A DNA stretch of 64,000 nucleotides from a virus: positions 20,413 to 84,412 of IMG/VR virus record IMGVR_UViG_3300007754_000004. The stretch is one strand, 5' to 3'. The notes below the pieces were generated by a model. It saw only the letters and a list, made by a program, of their open reading frames with translations. It made no database searches and was not told the DNA's origin. Positions 56,181 to 64,000 of this stretch are shown in pieces. Every line of letters begins with the position of its first letter. The stretch's first letter is position 1. The position numbers and the translations under genes were made by a program.

Positions 56181-57254
56181 TCAGAGCCCGAGGCTTAGTC
56201 CGTTGCTCCCCATCAGGGCGACAGCACCGGGGACGGTGAACACCGTGGTGACCACCACGGGCTCCCCTGAGGCGTTGTAGGCGACCACGTCGATCATGAA
56301 GGACGTCTGATCGCTGACATGAGGAGTGACCTCGATCGAGGCGACTCGATACAGCTTTTCCTTCAGGCTCACACGCTGGTACCGAGCCTGATGGGTTTGG
56401 GCTTCCTGCAACTTGGCGAGAGCGTTCTGAACATCCTCTTGGAGGAGTGTCGCGACAGCCCCGATTGCCTTGTGGCCGGTGCGGCTCATCAACAGGCTCC
56501 CGTACCAGGAGTGATACGGGTTGGAACCACGGCGGGTGAGGAGGATCTTCAAGGCCGCCTGCTGGAGCAGGTTCTCATCCTCGACCAGGACCACATCACC
56601 TGAGATACTGAACCGCCAGTCGTTCTCCACGAAGGTCGCCCGACAGCGGAGACAACGCTGCGGCGGGACAGAATAGGTGACCTTGAAATTCGCCTGTTGC
56701 TTGACCGGCTTGACGAACTTCGGGAACCTGTTGGTGATCGTGTCCTGTCGCGTCGCGAGACCCCACCCGGGATACAGCTCCTTCCCGCGAGAAGCATACT
56801 GGCCTCCGAATCCAAGGGCGGCGGTAGCCGTCCCGCTGACTTGAATCCGAGAGGCCGGGCCGATGGCAGCCCCGTCGGTGAAGGCAAGATGCCCGCTCTC
56901 GTTCTCTGGAACCACATCCGACAGAACCGGGAGCAGCTTCCTGACAACAGCATCCGTCGTCACCCTGTACCCGGTCGGGAGAGTCACGGTCGCCGTCTCA
57001 CCACTCCCGGTCACCGTCAGGGTCTCTGACCCCGCGGGGATGTAGAACGGACCACTGGAAGCCCCCTTGAGCCGAGCAGGGATAGAGAACCCGCCGGAGG
57101 GGATATAGAAGCTGTTGTTGACCATCACCCGGACCAGCCCGGCGGCACCCACCGGCTGCATCGTCTCCAAAGAAACCCTGTCCGACCCGAGAGCCACAGG
57201 TTCCTCAATAGAGATATGAGGGCAAGGCCACCCGAGTTGGATCTCCTGGCTCAC
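56181..57254 (-). CDS. baseplate gp25/GpW-like protein with N-terminal extension
   Basis: C-terminal LLQQAALKILLTRRGSNPYHSWYGS.L...VQNAL...IEV matches the GPW_gp25 pattern. Confidence 0.75.
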   Translation of the reverse strand: MSQEIQLGWPCPHISIEEPVALGSDRVSLETMQPVGAAGLVRVMVNNSFYIPSGGFSIPARLKGASSGPFYIPAGSETLTVTGSGETATVTLPTGYRVTTDAVVRKLLPVLSDVVPENESGHLAFTDGAAIGPASRIQVSGTATAALGFGGQYASRGKELYPGWGLATRQDTITNRFPKFVKPVKQQANFKVTYSVPPQRCLRCRATFVENDWRFSISGDVVLVEDENLLQQAALKILLTRRGSNPYHSWYGSLLMSRTGHKAIGAVATLLQEDVQNALAKLQEAQTHQARYQRVSLKEKLYRVASIEVTPHVSDQTSFMIDVVAYNASGEPVVVTTVFTVPGAVALMGSNGLSLGL

Positions 57255-57553
57255 CTGTACTTCCTGAGAACCCCCTCAAGAACACCCCGGAGAGACCGAC
57301 CCCCAGGGTCACCGCCACGACGGATATCTCGGACAGCTCGGGCGATCTCCGAGTGGGAGTCCGCCAGGGAGGGGCCACCGTCCCGACGGTCCAGGACGTC
57401 CACGACGTCCTCCAGCATCCCGAAAGGGTCGGAGAGTTCCTTGATCGCCCACACAAGATCGCTCCGGTCACTGGCGACCAGAGCCCTCAAGAGAGCCGGG
57501 CGAATCTCCGGGTTCTGGTGAGCGAGACGAATAACTTTGCGGCGAAGCGACAT
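57251..57553 (-). CDS. small late hypothetical protein
   Basis: ATG at 57553 with GAGG SD (MSLRRKVIRLAHQNPEIRPALL); class B motif upstream. Confidence 0.65.
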   Translation of the reverse strand: MSLRRKVIRLAHQNPEIRPALLRALVASDRSDLVWAIKELSDPFGMLEDVVDVLDRRDGGPSLADSHSEIARAVRDIRRGGDPGGRSLRGVLEGVLRKYR

Positions 57554-57576
57554 GGTAGACCTCTGCCTTTGAATAG

Positions 57577-57592
57577 CTATAGAGGGATTAAA
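57577..57592 (-). promoter_or_regulatory. putative late promoter, class B
   Basis: TTTAATCCCTCTATAG. Confidence 0.55.
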
Positions 57593-58412
57593 GCTCGGTC
57601 CCCACCTCGTAGTCCTCATCTGACATAAGGAAGGGGTAATAAGCCAGGGCATCCTCATTCGGGGTGTCCATATCTCGCACCCCGTCCTCATCTTCAGCGT
57701 AGAAGACTGCGTCGATAAAGCTAACCAGGGAAGCGACGTTAAACTCCCGATTGAAGTCCTCTCGATTCACGCTGTTCAAGGCACCCACGGTGCCCCCTAC
57801 AGCCAGAATGATTCTGGTGACTTCTTGCTCAAGCTGCTCTCGCAAATCCGCGAGCTTGATAATCCGAGCCTCCAGGTCATGACGCTTCGCTCGGATTTCC
57901 TGGGAGACCCATCGACGGCTGTGGTCCACATGGAAGACCGCTCGATCGATATTATCCCGGCGAACCCTCCCGCCGGTTCTAGGGGCAGGATCGTTGCCGA
58001 TGCTCATGTACCCCCCGTCATACTGCGTGGCGTTGATGCTCCCTTGCTTGGGGTACACAACGCCCCCGCCCGGATACGCCTCGCTGGTCACCCCATCGTT
58101 GTAGGAAGTCTGGTCCGGGAGCAGAAAATGGCTGATGCTCATCGGATTACCCCCCTGAGCGACATACGCCTGAACCAGCTTCCCTAGCGAAGACCGCTCG
58201 GGGACAAAGAATCCCACCCGCTGCTCTGAAGCCACGCGATTCCCCTGATCATCCTCCGTCGTCTGATACTCCACCAGGACATACCCGATCCGAACCAGCT
58301 CAGCCCGGATCACAGCGAGGCGGTTACCCACATCACGTCGCTCCTCCAAGACGAAGCGGCGAAAGTCCCGCCAAGACCCCTGACGGAACATCCCGAGCCA
58401 ACCAAAGGACAC
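57588..58412 (-). CDS. putative baseplate/virion protein
   Basis: 274 aa, coiled-coil segment, in the structural operon. Confidence 0.65.
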   Translation of the reverse strand: MSFGWLGMFRQGSWRDFRRFVLEERRDVGNRLAVIRAELVRIGYVLVEYQTTEDDQGNRVASEQRVGFFVPERSSLGKLVQAYVAQGGNPMSISHFLLPDQTSYNDGVTSEAYPGGGVVYPKQGSINATQYDGGYMSIGNDPAPRTGGRVRRDNIDRAVFHVDHSRRWVSQEIRAKRHDLEARIIKLADLREQLEQEVTRIILAVGGTVGALNSVNREDFNREFNVASLVSFIDAVFYAEDEDGVRDMDTPNEDALAYYPFLMSDEDYEVGTEL

Positions 58413-58413
58413 C

Positions 58414-60819
58414 TCAACCCTCCTCAGGGAAGAAGAGCTTGAGCAACTCGATCGTCACTGACGGCAACCCGCCAGCGACCACGACGACCCCGGCTCCATA
58501 GGAGGAGGCTGCATCTGAAGGCTTGTTCTCCGCAGTAACCAGCCCACTCACCAGCCCATCCGTCCCGTTCCCCGTCACCACCAGCCCGTTCATCGACGGG
58601 AACTGGAAGTCCAGCATCCTCTGAATGAGGGCGTTGATCTTCACGATCAACGCCTGAATCTGGAGGATGCGAGCCTCCACGAAGGCGATGTAAGCGAGGA
58701 TCGCCTCAACGATAGAGTCCGCCGCCGCTTTCAAACCTTCCAGCCAATCAAGGAGCTGCTGGAGAGCGTTCTCCAGGTAAGGAATTCCCTGGGGGAGCAG
58801 CTTGTACGCCACCCAGGCGCCGTCCTCTGCCGGGAGAGAGCTGGATGCCGAAGCGATGTTCAGGACAGCCGCAGCAGCCGCGTAGACCTCAGCCGTCAGA
58901 ACGTTCCGACAGAAGAACGTCTCAGTAGCCGTGAAATACACCGGGGAGCTATCCACGGACCCCTTCACAATTACCCCTCGCATCCTCTGGCCGAATCCGG
59001 GTCCCCGGTCCATCAAGTGCAAGCGAGCCCTGCCGGATCTCTGTTGGGAGACGGTGGTCCCCCCAAACGAAAATGGATTCCTCGTAATCCCTGTCGAAGC
59101 CGTGGACTCCAAGGCTCCGATCAGCGTCGTGCTGTCCGACCACTGCCAATCCAGAAGCGGCTCACCGAGCCCGACAACGTGTTCCTCCACCGCCGCCCCC
59201 AGGGTGCTCGACTGGCGGATCATCAGGTTCGCCATGTTGCGGCACCGATAAAGCACCTGCCGGCGAAACACCTGCGGGTCAGAGGGCTGCTTCCGGAACC
59301 AGTCTGAGGGGTTCCGGATCATCTGGGGAACAAGGGTGTCCGCGAGATCTTCCAGGCCCGTTGCGGTGAGGGCATACCCGGGCCTGAACGTGTCTGACAC
59401 AGGCAGATCCGACCGGGACAACACCATGACGATCAGGGCTGCCGTCACCGTATCAAAATACTGAGCTTCCTGGGGGAAGCTCACCACCACGGCATCGCTG
59501 GTGGGGCCTTTGTCGCTCTCCTCCACGGAAGACCCCGACGCCTGCACCATCACGGGTTGTTTCAAAGCCGACCGACCGATCACATCAGACGGGCTGACAA
59601 GGTACTGGAAAGCCGTGCTCGTCGTCACCGCGTCCGAGACCGCAGAGACCCGGACGTATAAAGTCGTCGCAGGATCGTCATCCAGGGTCACCGAGGCCGC
59701 TCCGGTTGATCCGTCCCGAACCACCTCCGCGTGGTAAGGCATGTCTTCTGCGTTCAGGGTCACCTGATATCCCTGGCCCGGGACCATCGTGGTCGTCAGG
59801 GAGTTTTCCACGTAGAAAACCCGCTGGAAGACGTACCTGTCGCCTTGCTTCAAAGCCTCCAAAGGAATCGGCGTCGCCTCCGCGGGCGACTTGAAAGCAT
59901 AGATCCAGACTTTGCCTGGACCACGGGTGCCGTCGCTGTTGAGAGCCTCCAGGCTCTCAAGGTCTCCGCTCAAAGCATCGTAGCCACCGTAGAGACGGAA
60001 AGCCTTCCCACCCTCCCCCACGAACACGCCACCGATCCGGGTCTCCTGTCCGTCCCCGTCCGTCTTGGGATCGGAGATCGGAGCCTCCCACCCGATCAAG
60101 AGACCCTCCTTGAGGGTGCTGACCTCAATCAGGAAGCCGTCCGGGGCTGGCATCGGATACGAGACCCCGCCAGCGATGACAGAAGCCATCCTCCACCGGA
60201 TCTGGACAGAGACCGGGAGTTCTTCCCGCCTGAGAAGCTGCCCCAACTGCTTGAACCCAGCGATTCCGGTAGACTCGTTGCCATACCCCACCTCCAAGCC
60301 CACCGGCTTGGAGTAAAGCTGCATCCGGCCCTCTCTCATCCCAAAGAACCGCTTGATCAGCTTGATCACTCGGATGATGAGCTGGATGTTCGTAATATCG
60401 ACGTTCACATAGAGGAAGATGGCTACCGCAGTCGTCCGCCCGCTGAAATCCGGTCGGGTAGGGTCCGCTCGGTTGACCAGCCGCGCCAGCATCCTCCGCT
60501 CATAGGCGGAGAAGCCACCCAGGATATCCTTGTATGGAGCCTCAATCTTCAGGTCGCCCGAGTAGTAGATCCCAATGTCCCGGATATCCTGAAGGAGACC
60601 CTCAATGGTCGAAATGATGGCTTCCAGAATGGCGATCAGGGGATCGAGGAAGCCGATCAGGAACGCCTTGACGAAGTTGAGGATGGTGAGGGCGATGTTG
60701 AGGATCGCGAGCAGAGCCGTCGCGACGGAGTCAATCTGCTCCGCAAATGTCTGAAGCTGCTCCGGCACCCCGGGCTTCATCTGCACCCAGGTACCTGACC
60801 CGACCTCGACCTCTGGCAC
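58414..60819 (-). CDS. putative baseplate/virion protein (801 aa)
   Basis: Amphipathic helical N- and C-termini; coupled operon. Confidence 0.7.
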   Translation of the reverse strand: MPEVEVGSGTWVQMKPGVPEQLQTFAEQIDSVATALLAILNIALTILNFVKAFLIGFLDPLIAILEAIISTIEGLLQDIRDIGIYYSGDLKIEAPYKDILGGFSAYERRMLARLVNRADPTRPDFSGRTTAVAIFLYVNVDITNIQLIIRVIKLIKRFFGMREGRMQLYSKPVGLEVGYGNESTGIAGFKQLGQLLRREELPVSVQIRWRMASVIAGGVSYPMPAPDGFLIEVSTLKEGLLIGWEAPISDPKTDGDGQETRIGGVFVGEGGKAFRLYGGYDALSGDLESLEALNSDGTRGPGKVWIYAFKSPAEATPIPLEALKQGDRYVFQRVFYVENSLTTTMVPGQGYQVTLNAEDMPYHAEVVRDGSTGAASVTLDDDPATTLYVRVSAVSDAVTTSTAFQYLVSPSDVIGRSALKQPVMVQASGSSVEESDKGPTSDAVVVSFPQEAQYFDTVTAALIVMVLSRSDLPVSDTFRPGYALTATGLEDLADTLVPQMIRNPSDWFRKQPSDPQVFRRQVLYRCRNMANLMIRQSSTLGAAVEEHVVGLGEPLLDWQWSDSTTLIGALESTASTGITRNPFSFGGTTVSQQRSGRARLHLMDRGPGFGQRMRGVIVKGSVDSSPVYFTATETFFCRNVLTAEVYAAAAAVLNIASASSSLPAEDGAWVAYKLLPQGIPYLENALQQLLDWLEGLKAAADSIVEAILAYIAFVEARILQIQALIVKINALIQRMLDFQFPSMNGLVVTGNGTDGLVSGLVTAENKPSDAASSYGAGVVVVAGGLPSVTIELLKLFFPEEG

Positions 60820-61043
60820 TAAGAGCCTCCTCCATGCTTGATCCTATCCACCTGCTCGTATAGCTCCGCTACCCGGTTCTGGTCCTGCTCCAACTGATGC
60901 TCCAAGAGAGCCTTCACCTGAAGCAACGCCTCCTTTTGCTTTTCCACCAGAGGAGATTTCCGAACACCTCCAGGTGATTCACGCCAGGAGTCTTGTTGGA
61001 TTCCCAGGGCTTCAAGCTGAGCCTGAATCTCTTCAAGCGTCAT
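60819..61043 (-). CDS. small coiled-coil protein
   Basis: 74 aa; stop/start overlaps at both ends. Confidence 0.6.
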   Translation of the reverse strand: MTLEEIQAQLEALGIQQDSWRESPGGVRKSPLVEKQKEALLQVKALLEHQLEQDQNRVAELYEQVDRIKHGGGS

Positions 61044-64000
61044 CAGGTGCCCTCCATGCTCTCTTGAATCTGGAGCAGGTTTTCCTGCTCCTCCAACCGC
61101 TCTTCCAGGCTCTCATCAAATCTCTCCACCGCGGGGAGAGTCCCCGTGACCCGGTGAGATCGGTAGTTGATCCAGGTGTAGCGGAGGTTTCTGAATCTGT
61201 CCGTCCGGTCCAGGGGGTCATCCAGCCGATCCGGGAGCACCGGCCTTCCCTCTCCGTCACCCTGAAAATCGGAGTACGGATCGCTGAAAGAAGCGTAGGC
61301 AGGAGGGGTCAGGTAGTCCAACCTGAGGTCCAGGCACCAGAAACGCCGACCGAGGACGCTGAGACAGTCACTCGTGTTGGCGTAGGGGGACACGAGTACC
61401 AGCCCCTCGATATCCGTAATCAGGTCGTTGAAAGGCACCCCGAGCCCGTTGGGGTACGGGCCGATATCCGTGATGTGCTCCTCAGACTGGAAATCGAGGT
61501 AGCTCCCCGAAGCGTCCCCTTCCATCGGGACCGCCATCTCCTCCATCCAAGAGAGCATCCTCTCCCGCATGAACAGGATGAGGTCGATCGTCTCCGTACT
61601 GAAGAGACTGGAGGGCCTGATGATTTTGTAGCTGAAGTGCTCTACCGAGTAGTTGTCCGCAGCGTAGCTGTCCCCCCCATCCGAAGGAGCTGTGGGGCGG
61701 AGGTCATTCTGATTCTCCCTCCCGCCTACCGCCCAGGGAGCCGTGGAAGCGTTCACCGTAGGCAAGACCACATACTCATAGCCCACCCCGCCGAACACCA
61801 CGTCACTCCCGTCTCCGGCGAAGGTGTGGGCCGGAGAGACGACGATCTTGTCCGGCTCCACGCTGGTCACCCAATAGTGGCCCCGGTTGTCATCCAGGTC
61901 GCTCGGACCCCTCGCCTCATAAGGCCCACCGGGCACGTCCCGATCAGGACAGGAAACGTCGCCAAAGGGACGCATCCCGTCTTCTACCGGGGACGCCGGG
62001 TTGCCGGATGCCCCGACCAGGGAGCCCGCGGGGTCTACCAGGAGAATATCCCCCGCCTGGATTCCCAGGGTGGTGTAGTCCAGCCCGGAATCTCCATCCT
62101 TCAACTCGTTGACGGTCTCGACCCGGCCACCCTCCCCCGCCAGGGGGTCACCTGTCTGGTCAAGCAGAACCGCGTCTGTGATGTAGCTGAGTAGCTCCTC
62201 GTTGGATTGCTGGTGGGGCACCGGGGCTCGCTTCAGGTAAATCTGGAAGCGGGCTCCTGAGGCCACTGAGAGCCCTGGGGGGCGCAACTTCAGCGTTGTC
62301 CCTGACTGGATAACGGCGACCTCCGCTTGGCTGAGAACAACACCCTCCCCATCCAGAACTCGCACCGCATCTCCAACGCTGACATTCACATCAGCGTCCT
62401 CGAAATCCCCAAGCTGGGTTCCCCCGGCCGCGGTAAACACCCGCGTCCCGGCGTCATAGGACCAGGAGGTCCCTTCGCGAATCTCGTAAGCGAAGCGGAG
62501 AGGAGATAGGTTCGACGAGATATCCAGCGTCAAGGCGTGCCAACGTCGAATCCGACGAACCTCAAAGGTGACGGCTTCCGTCGCGGACCCCCCAAAGCTG
62601 CTGGGATCGCGCATCCCAACCAGGAGGCCCGTGCCGGAGTTGCTGGCGTCCACCACCTTGAGGAGACCGTCCCCGAGATCTTGAACCGGGGTCGGAGTGC
62701 TAGGCTCAAAGAAGATCCCCGCGGCAGCCCGGAAACCTGCCGTACCCGTCTGGTCAGCGGAGCTGTTCAAGACAAACTGGTCTCCAACTACGGGACAGGT
62801 GATCCCCTTCACCGCAGAAGAAGCCCCACCCCGGATCGTCTCCCACTCCGCCGCCGTCATCCCTGAGATATCCACGTAGTCGGGGACGCCCGCGAAGTAG
62901 GTCGCCACTGAGCTGGTGTAAATCGCAGGATCAGCCGTGGACCTCTCAGAGACCACCAGAGAGCCCGCCGTGCCCTGAAGCGTCATCCCCGAGGTGTAGC
63001 TGTATGTCTCGGAGCCGCCCTCTTTCGGGTCATACACCGTCAGGTGAAGAAGTCCGGCGGCGGTCGTCGTCCCGCTGTCATAGCCTACAGCGTTGGCTTC
63101 AAGGAGCGACCCGATCTTGTCGTTCATCGGGAGGTAGACCATCCCGCTGACTCGCTGGCCTGCGACGAGGGTTGCCCAGAAAGTCGCTGCGGACACCGCA
63201 GTTACCCCGTCAGCCTCCAACACCGTAGCGTCATTTACGGTGAAGGTCCGAGAGGGCACATCCAAGCTGGTGTAGGTCACCTGGACGGTCAAGGAATAGT
63301 TCCCGACGTTCACCAGGACAAAGAGGGTGCCCCCCGAAGCATCCCAGGCGATACCGTTTGCCGGCTCATTCGTGGTCTGGAGAGCGTCCACCGTGATCGT
63401 CCCCGCCCCGTCATCCCAGGACGAAATGACGGGGAACACCACGTTCAACCATGCCCCTGAACTAGGCGCCGCAGCCTTGGCAGAGACCTCCGCGTATCCT
63501 GTCGGGGCCGCCGGGTTGGAGTCCGCCACCGACCCCCGAATCACATAGGTCCCGGCGGTAGCCGCAGCTTCCCCAGAACCCGACGCCGTGATCCGGCAGA
63601 GGTCCCCAATCTCGATGTTCGACAGCCCCGCGGCGGTAGTGGGATCCGTGATCCCCGTGAGGCTATTGAGAGGGCCTCCAGCGACAGCCGTGCCGGTGCA
63701 AATAGCCGCCGCTTCATTCTCCCCCGAGCTGGGGATAGCGGAGAAGGAAATACTGGATGCCGGAGTCAGAGAGGAATCGTCACCCAGAGCTGCCGAGTGA
63801 GCCTCAAACGCCATCACCTTGAGAGAGCCTTCCTCGTCCCCAGCTCCCGAAGACCCCGCAGCCGCGAACGTCTCAGAGACCCCTCCACCGCTGGCCCGCG
63901 GGAGGAAGGTGAAAGCAAAGCCTCCGTTGACCTCTGCCGGAGCGTTCACCGTCAGGAGTGCGGCCTCTCCTGTCACCTGAGTTACCGAGAGGCCGCACTC
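61043..64000 (-). CDS. large virion protein (partial, starts beyond the window)
   Basis: At least 977 codons, open to the window edge; G/S/T/A/D-rich. Confidence 0.75.
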   Translation of the reverse strand, partial: ECGLSVTQVTGEAALLTVNAPAEVNGGFAFTFLPRASGGGVSETFAAAGSSGAGDEEGSLKVMAFEAHSAALGDDSSLTPASSISFSAIPSSGENEAAAICTGTAVAGGPLNSLTGITDPTTAAGLSNIEIGDLCRITASGSGEAAATAGTYVIRGSVADSNPAAPTGYAEVSAKAAAPSSGAWLNVVFPVISSWDDGAGTITVDALQTTNEPANGIAWDASGGTLFVLVNVGNYSLTVQVTYTSLDVPSRTFTVNDATVLEADGVTAVSAATFWATLVAGQRVSGMVYLPMNDKIGSLLEANAVGYDSGTTTAAGLLHLTVYDPKEGGSETYSYTSGMTLQGTAGSLVVSERSTADPAIYTSSVATYFAGVPDYVDISGMTAAEWETIRGGASSAVKGITCPVVGDQFVLNSSADQTGTAGFRAAAGIFFEPSTPTPVQDLGDGLLKVVDASNSGTGLLVGMRDPSSFGGSATEAVTFEVRRIRRWHALTLDISSNLSPLRFAYEIREGTSWSYDAGTRVFTAAGGTQLGDFEDADVNVSVGDAVRVLDGEGVVLSQAEVAVIQSGTTLKLRPPGLSVASGARFQIYLKRAPVPHQQSNEELLSYITDAVLLDQTGDPLAGEGGRVETVNELKDGDSGLDYTTLGIQAGDILLVDPAGSLVGASGNPASPVEDGMRPFGDVSCPDRDVPGGPYEARGPSDLDDNRGHYWVTSVEPDKIVVSPAHTFAGDGSDVVFGGVGYEYVVLPTVNASTAPWAVGGRENQNDLRPTAPSDGGDSYAADNYSVEHFSYKIIRPSSLFSTETIDLILFMRERMLSWMEEMAVPMEGDASGSYLDFQSEEHITDIGPYPNGLGVPFNDLITDIEGLVLVSPYANTSDCLSVLGRRFWCLDLRLDYLTPPAYASFSDPYSDFQGDGEGRPVLPDRLDDPLDRTDRFRNLRYTWINYRSHRVTGTLPAVERFDESLEERLEEQENLLQIQESMEGT

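Noticed and set aside
49948-57254. Extracellular contractile injection system or tailocin rather than phage
   Set aside because: Interspersed phage-type accessory genes, a homing endonuclease, methyltransferases, two promoter classes and the absence of bacterial housekeeping genes favour a large phage, although capsid and terminase genes are not in this window.
1-64000. tRNA, rRNA, CRISPR arrays, alternative genetic code
   Set aside because: Intergenic gaps are short with no cloverleaf or spaced repeats seen; genes are long and tightly coupled under the standard code with all three stops in use.

Overview
The window is a 64-kb, GC-rich segment of a large contractile-tailed (myovirus-like, probably jumbo) bacteriophage or prophage. 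Its backbone is a minus-strand virion module with baseplate gp25/GpW-like, J/gp47-like and I/gp48-like genes. It also has a tail-fibre attachment-type gene, a beta-helix tailspike and several very large virion proteins (1004, 1096, 1749, 1783 and 3412 aa), and ends in a holin-like and peptidoglycan-binding pair. Accessory islands interrupt this module repeatedly. Main observations: (1) A 2758-bp bacterial-looking operon (RHH regulator plus two C5-cytosine methyltransferases, with its own sigma70-like promoter and a phased TGCGC array) is inserted in a phage gene between 175-bp direct repeats (174/175 identical), with no integrase, transposase or nuclease. (2) An HNH gene has taken over the start of a virion gene and is followed by a synonymously recoded replacement N-terminus. 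(3) Two promoter-like motifs separate accessory genes (ECF-like GGTAAC-N14-TCGTATA) from virion genes (TA-N7-TAT). (4) GCGC is strongly avoided outside the methyltransferase cassette. No tRNA, rRNA or CRISPR array was seen. All product calls come from visual motif recognition, not database searches.
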